Source of the DNA: Candidatus Babelota bacterium
Lineage (GTDB): Bacteria > Babelota > Babeliae > Babelales > CAIQNR01
Length of the DNA stretch: 64,000 bases
NCBI GenBank assembly: GCA_965658655.1
Contig: CBFHTA010000001.1
Location: 250,696-314,695, forward strand
Reading direction: 5' to 3'
Part shown: positions 54,246 to 63,779 of the stretch, piece by piece
Position numbering within the stretch: position 1 is the stretch's first letter
Layout: each line of letters begins with the position of its first letter
Position numbers and translations under genes: made by a program
Notes under the pieces: generated by a model
Told to the model about the DNA's origin: nothing
The model's input: the letters and a program-made list of their open reading frames with translations, nothing else
Database searches by the model: none

Positions 54246-54912
54246 CTTTTTCTCCCTTTTTTAGTTTTGTAAGAAAAGTGGTTCTATGGATAACGGATGG
54301 CTGATGAGTGTGGATTCCTGTTTGATGAGCCTTTGATCCATATCCTTTATTTGAGCTTAAATCGTATCCAGGAAAAAAGCTATCCATGCGTTTCATGAGT
54401 TCATCTCGCTTAACTTTAGCTAGAATAGAGGCTGCGGCTATAGAGATAGACTTACTTTCTCCCTTAGTAAAAGAGGCTATTCTTATTGAGCTTAAATCTC
54501 CAGCTAAGCTTAACGGCATAGCATCGATTAAAATGAGCTCCGGCCTTGGGGCCGAATTATGAGAGAAGAGCCCATAGAGGGCCTTTTTCATCGCTAGTTG
54601 AGTGGCTTTATAGATATTAAGCTTATCTACTAAATGGGCATCTACAATGCCAAAACTATGCCAAGAATTGTCGTAAATCCACGCTGCGGCTTCATTCCGC
54701 TTATTTTCAGTCAGAATTTTTGAGTCTTTGAGTAAAGGGTGGGTCTTAAAGGGTTTTAAGATCACCGCCGATGTTACAACTGGTCCAGCTAGACATCCTC
54801 GGCCAACTTCATCAATTCCGCACAAATAAGCCTGTAAAGACCAGATTTTCTTCTCAAATTGAGAGGGGTTTAATGAAGATGAGCTTAACATTTTTTCTTT
54901 TCCATTTGACAA
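54211..54912 (-). CDS. rnhB: Ribonuclease HII
   Basis: Active-site motif GIDEVGRGCLAGPVV, plus later DSK and ASILAKV segments. Confidence 0.9.
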   Translation of the reverse strand: MSNGKEKMLSSSSLNPSQFEKKIWSLQAYLCGIDEVGRGCLAGPVVTSAVILKPFKTHPLLKDSKILTENKRNEAAAWIYDNSWHSFGIVDAHLVDKLNIYKATQLAMKKALYGLFSHNSAPRPELILIDAMPLSLAGDLSSIRIASFTKGESKSISIAAASILAKVKRDELMKRMDSFFPGYDLSSNKGYGSKAHQTGIHTHQPSVIHRTTFLTKLKKGEKDGDKARQASLF

Positions 54913-54994
54913 GCCTGCACAATCCTGTATTCTATTAGAAAATACGCAGTGTTAATAAAACAGTAACCAAAGCTAACAAATTAAGGAGTTGAGC

Positions 54995-55666
54995 ATGTCA
55001 TCAACAGCCCTTAGAGTCAAGGAGCTTCTGAGAGAAAAAGGATGGACAACCAAGATCTTAGCCGAGAAAACTGGTATGTCTGAAAGTTACTTGACGCATA
55101 TAAAAAATGGAACAAGACGTTGGAATGAAGATTCTCTTAAGAAATTGGCCAACGCATTTGAGATTAGCCCAATAGATCTTTTTGCCGAACGCAGAAAGAG
55201 AACAGATAATATAGACAGCAATGTGAGCATGCCAGAGAAATCTGATATTGACCTTAAAGTACAGGTAGTACCGGTTGTGGGAGAAATTCCTTCAAATCCA
55301 TCTCCTTATAATAATCAGCTTATGCAGACTACTACAGGTTATAAAGATATTTTTGTCCCTACCCTTAATACAACCGATGCATCTATGTTTGCTTTGGGAG
55401 TAGATAATAATCTCTTAGCGCCAGCTTTTGTAAAGGGTGATTTACTTATTATCTCTCCAGAAGTATGGACTCGGTCAGGTGATGTTGCAGCTGTAGAATA
55501 TGGTAATGATACGCCAATTAAGGCTATTATGCAGGTCACCTTCAGTGAAGATTTTATTGTTCTTGAGTCTCCAAATAGAAAGCAAGCTCCAGCTGCTTTA
55601 GTGAGAGGTAAAGATCATTTCAGAATTATTGGAAGAGTGGTTCAGCGAATTCAGAAATTTGCTTAA
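54995..55666 (+). CDS. XRE-family HTH regulator with C-terminal LexA/S24-like domain
   Basis: HTH (LRVKELLREKGWTTKILAEKTGMSESYLTHIKNGTR). C-terminal S24-like layout (VPVVGEIPS...ASMFALGV...FVKGDLLIISPE...GDVAAVEY...IKAIM...IVLESPN). ATG at 54995 sits 6 nt after aaggag. Confidence 0.6.
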   Translation: MSSTALRVKELLREKGWTTKILAEKTGMSESYLTHIKNGTRRWNEDSLKKLANAFEISPIDLFAERRKRTDNIDSNVSMPEKSDIDLKVQVVPVVGEIPSNPSPYNNQLMQTTTGYKDIFVPTLNTTDASMFALGVDNNLLAPAFVKGDLLIISPEVWTRSGDVAAVEYGNDTPIKAIMQVTFSEDFIVLESPNRKQAPAALVRGKDHFRIIGRVVQRIQKFA

Positions 55667-55834
55667 AAACCTCTTCTAAGCTTACTTTTGATACCAGGAA
55701 GACTATCTTTTTATAGTGTTTCTGGTATTCTTATTAGCTTAAATCTATTTACTAAATAGAATAACTGGTTATTTGTTATTTTATAGTGCCCAGCGGAGGG
55801 CATTTCCAGTTAGTAACTATAAGGGAATCGTACA

Positions 55835-56416
55835 ATGACTAAGTACGAATATTTGATGCTTGCAAATCCCGGAATTACCGGAGATGAGACAAGTGGTCTT
55901 GAACAAAACTTTGAAAAGCTCGTTAAGCAGTTCAAAGGTAATCTCGTTTCTTTCGATCGTTGGGGAAAGTGTCGTTTAGCATATCCTGTAAAACATCAGG
56001 ATTACGGTGTTTATTACATGGTTCGTTTTGAAATGGACGCTCCTCAAGAGTTCTTAAAAGAAATTAAGCTATTGCTTGATGTTAAATACAATGATCTTAT
56101 TATGCGTACAGCAACTGTTAAGATTGAAGAAAATGAATCTTACAGTGATTATCGCCCTGAGTCCGTAGAGGATCTTCCAACACGTAATGTTGATCAATTC
56201 TTACGTGAAAACAAAATGGAAGGCTTAATTGGTAAAGCCGAAAAAGAAGAGAAGAAGGCAGAAGTAGAAGCTGCTGATAAAGCGGCAGTAACTGAAGCGG
56301 TTAAAGAAGCTTCAGCTGCATCAACCGCAACACCAGAAGCTGCAAAAACTTCAGAGATGAATGCAACAGAAGGCAAATCTGAAGATAACTCTAACGATGA
56401 AGGGGCATCTGCATGA
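55835..56416 (+). CDS. rpsF: 30S ribosomal protein S6 with about 90-aa acidic/Ala-rich C-terminal extension
   Basis: [15 protein letters not shown]...[27 protein letters not shown] matches the S6 core. The tail reads [28 protein letters not shown]... Confidence 0.9.
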   Translation: MTKYEYLMLANPGITGDETSGLEQNFEKLVKQFKGNLVSFDRWGKCRLAYPVKHQDYGVYYMVRFEMDAPQEFLKEIKLLLDVKYNDLIMRTATVKIEENESYSDYRPESVEDLPTRNVDQFLRENKMEGLIGKAEKEEKKAEVEAADKAAVTEAVKEASAASTATPEAAKTSEMNATEGKSEDNSNDEGASA

Positions 56417-56700
56417 CTAAAAAATTAAAACTTAAAATCAGTGCCCGCTTGTTAAAGAAAAAAAGCAAACGTTTTTCTTCTTCACAAAAAAAGCATTGCC
56501 GATTTTCTGGAGATCCAGAACAAGCAAAAGCACTTGATTATAAAAATACCAAGTTATTACGTAATTTTTTGACAGAGCGTGGTAAGATTCTACCTTCACG
56601 TATCTCAGGAACCTCTGCGTATTATCAGCGTAAGTTGAGTAAGGCAATTAAACTTGCTCGTACTATGGCGCTTTTGCCTTACGGATCAACTCGCTACTAA
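56413..56700 (+). CDS. rpsR: 30S ribosomal protein S18
   Basis: [54 protein letters not shown] overlap with rpsF. Confidence 0.92.
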   Translation: MTKKLKLKISARLLKKKSKRFSSSQKKHCRFSGDPEQAKALDYKNTKLLRNFLTERGKILPSRISGTSAYYQRKLSKAIKLARTMALLPYGSTRY

Positions 56701-56722
56701 TTAATAACAAGTATTAAAAATT

Positions 56723-56755
56723 AAAGAGGTTGCTTTTTGAGCGACCTCTTTTTTA
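56723..56755 (+). terminator. Rho-independent terminator after rpsR
   Basis: Stem aaagaggttgc / gcgacctcttt (one G-U pair) with a 7-nt loop, followed by a T-run. Confidence 0.8.
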
Positions 56756-56766
56756 TGAAGGTGGTT

Positions 56767-57123
56767 ATGAAATCTCATTTATTCTTATCTTTATGTATTT
56801 ATTCTTTTTCTTATGGATCTGCACCTTTTCTTTCTTCAAATCAATTAAGAGTTTTGCCTGATCGATCAAAAATAGTCGTTTCTTATCTGTTTAAGCATGC
56901 TGAAGAAGGTCTTGTGCATCTAGAAGCAACAAATTTTCCTGGTAATAAAAAAAATGATTCATTTTATGCAGATCTAGAAAGTAAGATACGTAAAGTGAAT
57001 CCCAATGCTGAATGTTTAGACTTGATCAGCGGGTATATTAAGGGAACCGTTCGTATGCAGATAAACAATGGATCGAACGCGGCAGTTTCTAGACAAGATT
57101 ATATGCTAACTTTTAAAGAGTAG
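56767..57123 (+). CDS. Small secreted hypothetical protein
   Basis: MKSHLFLSLCIYSFSYGSA signal peptide after ggtgg. The ORF-track start (56737) lies inside the terminator. Confidence 0.45.
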   Translation: MKSHLFLSLCIYSFSYGSAPFLSSNQLRVLPDRSKIVVSYLFKHAEEGLVHLEATNFPGNKKNDSFYADLESKIRKVNPNAECLDLISGYIKGTVRMQINNGSNAAVSRQDYMLTFKE

Positions 57124-57137
57124 AATTAAGGGTGGTT

Positions 57138-57893
57138 ATGAATTCGTATAAACTTATTGTTGCGTATGATGGGACCAGCTATCATGGTTGGCAGTGGCAA
57201 GACAATGCTATTTCTATTGATAATGTTTTAAGAGAAACATTCTTAAAGACATTTAAACAAACAGAAATGCATATTGTAGGTGCCTCTCGTACTGATGCTG
57301 GTGTTCATGCGCAAGGGCAAGTTGTACGGCTCGGAACTCTTCTTTCCATTGATCCTCAAAAACTTATGTATGTTTTTAACAATGCCTTGCCAGGTGAGAT
57401 TGTTATTACAGAGTGTACACGTGTTGACCCGGGCAGCAGGTTTCATCCGCAGCATGATATTGGAATCAAAACGTATACGTATCGTTTCTTTTTAAAGCGT
57501 CCTGAGCCAATGGTGCAACGTTACGGTCATTTTGTGGAATACCCTATTGATACACAAAAATTGGTCCAGGCGTTGACTGTCTTTGTAGGAACGCATGACT
57601 TTCGAGCTTTTTCTAAGGAACTCAAAGAAAAAGATACACAGCGAACGGTAGAAAGCGTTACGGTTACTCCATGTAGAAAATTTGGTGGTTATACTATTAC
57701 GTTTACGGGGAAGTCTTTTTTGCGGCATATGATTCGAAGAATGGTAGGAGCGGCTTTTGAGGTTGCACGACGCCCGAATCGTTCATGCCAGGAGCTTAAG
57801 CAGTTACTTTTTGTGCCGCGTACTACAGAAAATCTTCCCACAGCACCTGCAAAAGGGTTATGCTTAGAGTCTATTACATACAAACAGTTATAA
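57138..57893 (+). CDS. truA: tRNA pseudouridine(38-40) synthase TruA
   Basis: IVAYDGTSYHGWQWQ and the catalytic GASRTDAGVHA. FLRHMIRRMVG. Confidence 0.9.
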   Translation: MNSYKLIVAYDGTSYHGWQWQDNAISIDNVLRETFLKTFKQTEMHIVGASRTDAGVHAQGQVVRLGTLLSIDPQKLMYVFNNALPGEIVITECTRVDPGSRFHPQHDIGIKTYTYRFFLKRPEPMVQRYGHFVEYPIDTQKLVQALTVFVGTHDFRAFSKELKEKDTQRTVESVTVTPCRKFGGYTITFTGKSFLRHMIRRMVGAAFEVARRPNRSCQELKQLLFVPRTTENLPTAPAKGLCLESITYKQL

Positions 57894-57903
57894 GGGGATT
57901 TTG

Positions 57904-58467
57904 ATGAGAATAAAAGTACTGGGGGCCATCTTACTGGCAGGCGCTATGTTGATGTCTGGGATTACATTTAATGCATACCGTTCTTCTAACTTGGATGCTA
58001 TTGGGTATGGACCAATTCGTTTATATAAAAAAGAAAGAGATCGTTCTTCTGTAGAGCAGCTGTTTAAAGATAATTTCTATGCATTGACCGCAAATCCTGA
58101 TCATGATTTTGACACTATGCTCGAAAAAAAATCTCCTAATAGATTCCAATCTAAATATTTTGGTAAAATGGACACTGCGGTTCTTTACGATGGAGATAAG
58201 CTTGCAGGATTTGTTTCGTATTACATGCAAAATTCTTTTGTAGGTAAAATATTATATTTGAGTGTAAATAAAGATTTTCGTCGAAAAGGGTATGCAGTAA
58301 AGCTCATGAATATGACTATTGATCGTTTAAAAAAGCAAGGTGCTAAAGTTATAAAAGTATGTACTCGTACTGATAATGCTCCAGCACAAAATTTATACGC
58401 TAATAAATTTAAGTTTGTAAAAGAGCATACTTTAGATGGTTTTGTTTTTTATCGTAAAGATGTTTGA
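57904..58467 (+). CDS. GNAT-family N-acetyltransferase with N-terminal hydrophobic segment
   Basis: Acetyl-CoA motif LSVNKDFRRKGYAVKLMN and NAPAQNLYANKFKF. N-terminal VLGAILLAGAMLMSGI. Confidence 0.75.
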   Translation: MRIKVLGAILLAGAMLMSGITFNAYRSSNLDAIGYGPIRLYKKERDRSSVEQLFKDNFYALTANPDHDFDTMLEKKSPNRFQSKYFGKMDTAVLYDGDKLAGFVSYYMQNSFVGKILYLSVNKDFRRKGYAVKLMNMTIDRLKKQGAKVIKVCTRTDNAPAQNLYANKFKFVKEHTLDGFVFYRKDV

Positions 58468-59966
58468 AGGCCATCGATCATAACTTGAGCAATAAAAGGT
58501 GCTACATCACTCAATTGATTCAGTGGCAGGTGTAGTTCGATATCTTTGAGCTCTTGAGTTACCATAATAAAGAATACCGGGTTTTGGGTGTGCGAGGTTA
58601 AGGGTTGTTTGGTTTTAGGATCAATCATTTCTTCTGCATTGCCATGATCGCCGGTGATATACAAGATTCCTTTTTGTTTGATAACAATTTCTTCAACCAG
58701 TTTCTTTAATTGTTTATCTAAACATTCAACTGCTTTGATTGTTGCATGTAAGTCTCCCGTGTGTCCAACCATGTCGGCATTAGGGTAATTAATAACATAA
58801 AAATCATGCGGGTTAGTTCTTGCTGTTTCGAGTACAGCTTCTGTGATAGTTGGAGCGCTCATTTCTGGGAATTGATCATATTGTTTACGTGTGGTTGAAG
58901 GAACCAGTATTCGTGTTTCATTGTCTAGTTTCTTTTCTCTGCCCCCGTTGAAGAAATAAGTTACGTGAGCATATTTTTCTGTTCCTGCGATAGAGGCAAT
59001 AGAATAATCTTTGTCGTGTAAAAATTGTGTGAGGGTCTGTGGGATTTGTGGTCGATCGAAGAGTCTGGTTGTAGGATAATCTGCACCATAAGAAACAGGA
59101 GTAATAAAAAATGCAATTTGAGGAGCAGGAGCATCTTGAATTCTGTTTCCATTAAGAAAGAAAGAGGTTAGTTGTCGTGCTCGATCTGCGCGAAAATTGA
59201 AAAAAATTATACCATCATTGGGTTGAATGCAGGCTTTAGTGTCAAATTGCACGGGATCGAAAAACTCTTCTGATGGATGGAGTTTTTGCTGTTCTTTTAG
59301 ATATGTTCCCCATGAATTTACAGTTGTTGGTTGTGGTTCGGTTAAGACAAGAAAGCTTTTTTCTGTTTGTTGCCAATTTCTGTTTCTATCCATTGCATAG
59401 AATCGACCATGAAGGGAACCTATTTTTCCTACACCAAGCTTTTTGCATTCTTGCTCTATTTGTTCTAAATAATTCTCTGCACTATCGAGAGGGACATCTC
59501 TTCCATCTAAAAAACCATGGATAATTACATCTTCAATCTCTTGTTCTGCTGCAGCCTTGAGTAATGCAAAAAGATGCTGAAGAGAGCTATGGACACCACC
59601 GTCAGAGAGTAGTCCCATCAGATGGAGTACTTTTTTTGAGGTCTTTAATTCTTGGAGTGCTTTCTTAAGTTTTTTGTTTTTATAAAAAGAACCGTTGTGA
59701 ATAGCCTCTTCTATGAGAGTGAGAGATTGTGGGACAATAGTTCCACAGCCAAGAGTAAGGTGACCAACTTCTGAGTTGCCGTTGTAACCATCAGGTAATC
59801 CGACTGCTGCTCCAGCGGATTTAAGTGTAGTAGCAGGATAGGTTTCAAGTAGTTTGTTGAACGTGGGCATTGAAGCTTGAGCAATTGCATTGCCCTCTTC
59901 GACTTCGCGATAGCCAAATCCATCAAGTATCACAAGTGCGGTCGGGAAACGGTTTTTCATGGTCAT
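58449..59966 (-). CDS. gpmI: 2,3-bisphosphoglycerate-independent phosphoglycerate mutase
   Basis: LVILDGFGY, NSEVGHLTLGCG, the GLLSDGGVHS motif, ITGDHGNAE. Confidence 0.93.
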   Translation of the reverse strand: MTMKNRFPTALVILDGFGYREVEEGNAIAQASMPTFNKLLETYPATTLKSAGAAVGLPDGYNGNSEVGHLTLGCGTIVPQSLTLIEEAIHNGSFYKNKKLKKALQELKTSKKVLHLMGLLSDGGVHSSLQHLFALLKAAAEQEIEDVIIHGFLDGRDVPLDSAENYLEQIEQECKKLGVGKIGSLHGRFYAMDRNRNWQQTEKSFLVLTEPQPTTVNSWGTYLKEQQKLHPSEEFFDPVQFDTKACIQPNDGIIFFNFRADRARQLTSFFLNGNRIQDAPAPQIAFFITPVSYGADYPTTRLFDRPQIPQTLTQFLHDKDYSIASIAGTEKYAHVTYFFNGGREKKLDNETRILVPSTTRKQYDQFPEMSAPTITEAVLETARTNPHDFYVINYPNADMVGHTGDLHATIKAVECLDKQLKKLVEEIVIKQKGILYITGDHGNAEEMIDPKTKQPLTSHTQNPVFFIMVTQELKDIELHLPLNQLSDVAPFIAQVMIDGLQTSLR

Positions 59967-60030
59967 TCCTTTTTTCTAGAAGCATATGATATACTATATA
60001 GGAAAATTGGGATAAAAAATAAGGAAAAAT

Positions 60031-60306
60031 ATGAAGAAAAAAATAATGATCATTCTCTTAAGTATAAGTCTGTTTCAATCACTCCAAGCTGAGAGTTTTG
60101 ATGAGCAACTTTTCTTTGAAGGAAGTCATCCCGCGTTAAATGATATTACAGTAGTAAGAGAGCCAGAGAAAAAAAATATTTCTGTATGGGCTGCACTTAG
60201 ACTTGCCCCGCGTTATATTTATGAAACGCATGTAAAAACATTTAGACCAAAATTCTATGCATTTATTGCAGCGATCGTTAAATCTAAAAAAAGAAATAAA
60301 TGGTAA
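60031..60306 (+). CDS. Small secreted hypothetical protein
   Basis: Signal peptide MKKKIMIILLSISLFQSLQA. 91 aa. Confidence 0.45.
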   Translation: MKKKIMIILLSISLFQSLQAESFDEQLFFEGSHPALNDITVVREPEKKNISVWAALRLAPRYIYETHVKTFRPKFYAFIAAIVKSKKRNKW

Positions 60307-61031
60307 AAGATAATAAACACGAATTTGCACTTTTTTACTCTGATCTTTCATCGCAAAAGTCTGGTGATACCCTTTTGATTAGTAATGTGTCGTTGGTCCA
60401 ACGAATTACTTCTATATTGCGTTTAAAGCCTAATGACCGATTGGTTCTCTTTAATCAAGAAATGCATGTACAAGTACAGCTGAAAAATTGTTCAAAAAAA
60501 AGCTGTTCTTTTATGGTTGAGTCTGGGAGTAAAAATAAAATTCTTAAACCAGAGATCACTGTTCTTTTGCCTGTGCTTAAAAGGGATGCTCTTGAATCAG
60601 CTCTTTATTCATGCGTTGCATTAGGTGCTTCTATTGTTCAATTGATAACAACTGAGAAAACGCGCAAATGGCAGGGGGGAAAAGAATTTGAACGTTTACA
60701 GCGCATAACTATTTCAGCAGCAGAACAATCAAAACATTTTGCATTTCCCACTGTTAAGCCACCTTTATCTTTGGCTAATGCCCTTGAACAGTATAAAGCA
60801 ACCACACACAAGTTTTTTGCTGACCCACAAGGAGTTTCTTGTCTAGAAAAAATGTCTACATTGGATGTGAAAAAGGATTTTCTTTTGATGGTAGGTCCTG
60901 AAGGGGATCTTGCAACTGGAGAAAAAGAACTACTAAAAAAAGATTTTATATTTGTAGCACTTGTTCCAACGGTTTTAAAATCAGAGCAAGCACTAGGACT
61001 TTTATTAGGCGTAACTCGAATGGCTACATAG
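60300..61031 (+). CDS. rsmE: 16S rRNA (uracil1498-N3)-methyltransferase RsmE
   Basis: PUA-like N-terminus (RITSILRLKPNDRLVLFN), then AAEQSKH and the knot motif LMVGPEGDLATGEKELL. Confidence 0.75.
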   Translation: MVKDNKHEFALFYSDLSSQKSGDTLLISNVSLVQRITSILRLKPNDRLVLFNQEMHVQVQLKNCSKKSCSFMVESGSKNKILKPEITVLLPVLKRDALESALYSCVALGASIVQLITTEKTRKWQGGKEFERLQRITISAAEQSKHFAFPTVKPPLSLANALEQYKATTHKFFADPQGVSCLEKMSTLDVKKDFLLMVGPEGDLATGEKELLKKDFIFVALVPTVLKSEQALGLLLGVTRMAT

Positions 61032-61698
61032 CTGTTTTGTATTCTTGTGTTTTCAGATACAAAGGTAGAAGCATATCAGCAACATTTTCTTTTTGTTCCC
61101 ACTGTTTATACGCTTGAGTAACAACTGATTCAACTGAACAGTACTCTGGAAGAGGATCGGGGAATTTTGCATAGTCACCAAAGATTGTTTTTATTTCTTT
61201 TTCAAAAAGAATGGTGCCGTTACCTACAAAGGTAATTGGAGTATTAACATAATCTTTGTCTAATGATTCAAAGAATATTGTGTGGTTTTCCCATCCAGTA
61301 GCAATGATTGTGTTTTCTTTTTTGATTCCAAAATAAACATCTTTTGCGAATGCATTTAAAAGTACAACTGTAAGAGGTGTATCGTGTTGTTGTTCTTCTA
61401 AAAAGGTTTTAATACCGTCTACTCCAACAAGTGGAATTTTATGTGCAAAGTTTAAACCATTTGCTGTGGTGATGATTACACGCAATGTGGTAAATGGAGC
61501 AGGTCCTTGATTAAGACCTATGAAAGTAAGATCTTCCCAACTAAGATTCTGGTTATTTAAAAGGGTATTCATTTGTGAAACAAGATTAATACTAGCTTTA
61601 TGCTTAGTGTCGGTGCTGGTTTCAAGAATCGAACTGTTTTTGCAAAGAGCGACAGAAACATTATTATAGTCGGATTGAAGAATGAGAGAGTAGGTCAT
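61024..61698 (-). CDS. tsaB: tRNA t6A biosynthesis protein TsaB (YeaZ)
   Basis: ASKHA-like N-terminus with GLNQGPAPFTTLRVIITTANGLNFAHKIPLVGVDG (compare GPGSFTGLRIG..A.GLA...P..gV). Confidence 0.75.
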   Translation of the reverse strand: MTYSLILQSDYNNVSVALCKNSSILETSTDTKHKASINLVSQMNTLLNNQNLSWEDLTFIGLNQGPAPFTTLRVIITTANGLNFAHKIPLVGVDGIKTFLEEQQHDTPLTVVLLNAFAKDVYFGIKKENTIIATGWENHTIFFESLDKDYVNTPITFVGNGTILFEKEIKTIFGDYAKFPDPLPEYCSVESVVTQAYKQWEQKENVADMLLPLYLKTQEYKTAM

Positions 61699-61701
61699 AA
61701 A

Positions 61702-61881
61702 TTATTTTTTGTTCTTACATTTTTGTTGTTGATAAAAAATTCCAAATGCATCGGTTTCTAAATTTTTTTCTTTTTTTGGAATAACTTTTCCACAATTCAA
61801 GCATTTCCAGCCATCAAAATTTAAAAAATGGTCAAAAAATGATTGAAGAACCATTAGGCCCGAGCATTTTTTACACTTCAT
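61702..61881 (-). CDS. Unlisted 59-aa zinc-ribbon protein (CxxC-x20-CxxC)
   Basis: Own translation: MKCKKCSGLMVLQSFFDHFLNFDGWKCLNCGKVIPKKEKNLETDAFGIFYQQQKCKNKK*. GAGGAG lies 6 nt upstream of the ATG. The stop is 3 nt from the tsaB start. It is below the 60-aa cutoff of the ORF track. Confidence 0.6.
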   Translation of the reverse strand: MKCKKCSGLMVLQSFFDHFLNFDGWKCLNCGKVIPKKEKNLETDAFGIFYQQQKCKNKK

Positions 61882-61944
61882 TAGCGCTCCTCAACATTAC
61901 ATTCACTCAGTTTTTTATAAGTTTAGCACAAATAGCATAAGATA

Positions 61945-62355
61945 CTAAGAATTATTCATTTCTTCTTTAAAACGCAAGTGTGCTAGATAAGCATCGAGAA
62001 TAACTGCTGCTGCTTTAGCATGAACGTGGTGCTTATCTCCTTTTTTTCCTACTGTCTGTGCTTGCTTGCTTGAAAGTCGCTCGTCCCAGAATACCCATTC
62101 AACTGAATTGAATTTCTTTTCGAGTGCTTCTTTTTGAACAACAATTTTTTTTGTTTGTTCGCTTTCTGTCCCTTTGAGTGTTTGTGGGTAGCCAACAACA
62201 ATTATTGAAATTGGTTCATCTGTAAGGAGTTTGGTAAGAAATGATTCAAGCTCTGCCAGTGTTACGGTAGTATGTGGACGGGCAAGGATGCGAGACATAT
62301 CAGTTATGGCAACGCCTACCCATTGGTCTCCTAAGTCTAAGGCAACTATCTTCAT
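61945..62355 (-). CDS. ruvX: Putative pre-16S rRNA nuclease / Holliday junction resolvase-like YqgF (RuvX)
   Basis: KIVALDLGDQWVGVAITD, VVGYPQTLKGTESEQ, WDERLSSKQA. Confidence 0.85.
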   Translation of the reverse strand: MKIVALDLGDQWVGVAITDMSRILARPHTTVTLAELESFLTKLLTDEPISIIVVGYPQTLKGTESEQTKKIVVQKEALEKKFNSVEWVFWDERLSSKQAQTVGKKGDKHHVHAKAAAVILDAYLAHLRFKEEMNNS

Positions 62356-62435
62356 AAAGACATCTTTCGATAAATCACGTATACTGAATCACGATAGTAT
62401 AATCTCACACTTTTTCCTTAAAGGAAAGGAATTTT

Positions 62436-63776
62436 ATGATACACAATTTCCTGACCATGGTTCGTGATATGGTTTGGTCTCTCCCGTTCTTAAGCTTTAT
62501 TATAGGGGTGGGTTGTATCGTGACGGTCGCGTTGAATTTTATTCAGGTGCGTAAATTCTTTACGAGTTGGAGATTAGTACTAGGTGGTCCTGATGAAGAT
62601 CCAAGTACAGGAGCCGGATCAAAAGGAGATATGTCTCCTTTTCAAGCTTTCTTAAACGCTTTGAGTGTTAGTGTTGGTAATGGATCATTAGCTGGTATGG
62701 GTACTGCGATTTATATGGGTGGCCCAGGAGCAGTTTTTTGGATGTTCTTAATTGGTCTTTTATTAATGGCTATTAGATTTGCTGAAGTTTTCTTAGGTGT
62801 TTCATTTGCACATCTTGGTTTTTCAGCTGGAGAGAATAAACTTGGTGGACCATTTTCATATATCGATAAATTACCTCTTGGTAGTGCTTTAGCAATGCTT
62901 TACGCTGCTTCATGTTGGTTTTATGGTGTAGTAAGTGGTTGTGCAATGCAATGTAACGCAATTAGTGTTTCAGTTAATAGTGCTCTTGGGGTTTCTACCT
63001 ATGTTGTAGGAGGAGTGCTTGCAGCATTTGTGCTTTATGTAATGTTTGGTGGAGCACAGCGTATTGTTAAGGTTTCTGAGGGATTGGTACCAGTTAAAGT
63101 AGGCTTGTTTTTTGTTACTATAATTATGGTGCTTGCTTATCACTGGGCAAGTTTTATTCCATCTCTTATATTAATTTTCAAAAGTGCTTTTAATCCAAGT
63201 GCCGCATCCGGTGGAATAGCAGGATTAACTCTTCAACGAATGTTTGCAGTTTCAGCAGCTCGTACTATCAGTTCAACAGAGGCTGGTTTGGGAACAGCAG
63301 CAGTCTTTTATGCAAATACTGCAAGCGACAAGCCAGTTAATGATGGAGCAACGAGTATGTTGAGTACTTTTATTGGAAGTAACATTGTAAACACTATGAT
63401 TGCTTTAGCCATTGTTATGAGTGGTGTTTGGGATAAAGGTCATGATGGAGCACAAGCTATCTTTGCCGCTTATACTACAGTTTTTGGAGCAGTAGGCGGA
63501 TGGCTCGTTTCATTGTTGGCTATTACTTTTGGTATGGGTGTATTCGTAGCTTATGGATATGTAACTCGTCAGTGCTGGTTGTATATGACCAATGGTCGAT
63601 TTGCAGATTTTTTCAGTGTTTTCTTTGCATCAATAGCTTTTCTTGGTTCGATTGCAAAAATACAATTGGTATGGGCGATGGTAGATCTTTCTGTTGCGTG
63701 TTGTTTAATTTTAAATCTTGCAGCCATTCTCTACTTAATTCCTTATATGCGAGCACATGTTTTAGGAAATAAATAA
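62436..63776 (+). CDS. Alanine/glycine:cation symporter (AGCS family)
   Basis: MSPFQAFLNALSVSVGNGSLAGMGTAIYMGGPGAVFWMF matches the AGCS signature. About 11 TM spans. Confidence 0.8.
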   Translation: MIHNFLTMVRDMVWSLPFLSFIIGVGCIVTVALNFIQVRKFFTSWRLVLGGPDEDPSTGAGSKGDMSPFQAFLNALSVSVGNGSLAGMGTAIYMGGPGAVFWMFLIGLLLMAIRFAEVFLGVSFAHLGFSAGENKLGGPFSYIDKLPLGSALAMLYAASCWFYGVVSGCAMQCNAISVSVNSALGVSTYVVGGVLAAFVLYVMFGGAQRIVKVSEGLVPVKVGLFFVTIIMVLAYHWASFIPSLILIFKSAFNPSAASGGIAGLTLQRMFAVSAARTISSTEAGLGTAAVFYANTASDKPVNDGATSMLSTFIGSNIVNTMIALAIVMSGVWDKGHDGAQAIFAAYTTVFGAVGGWLVSLLAITFGMGVFVAYGYVTRQCWLYMTNGRFADFFSVFFASIAFLGSIAKIQLVWAMVDLSVACCLILNLAAILYLIPYMRAHVLGNK

Positions 63777-63779
63777 ATT

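Noticed and set aside
54925-54949. CTGTAT...ATACGCAG imperfect palindrome upstream of the XRE-S24 regulator, reminiscent of an SOS box
   Set aside because: The arms are imperfect (an extra G) and the spacing (11 nt between hexamers) does not match the CTGT-N8-ACAG LexA box or any other consensus I know. There is a single occurrence in the window, so no regulon support.
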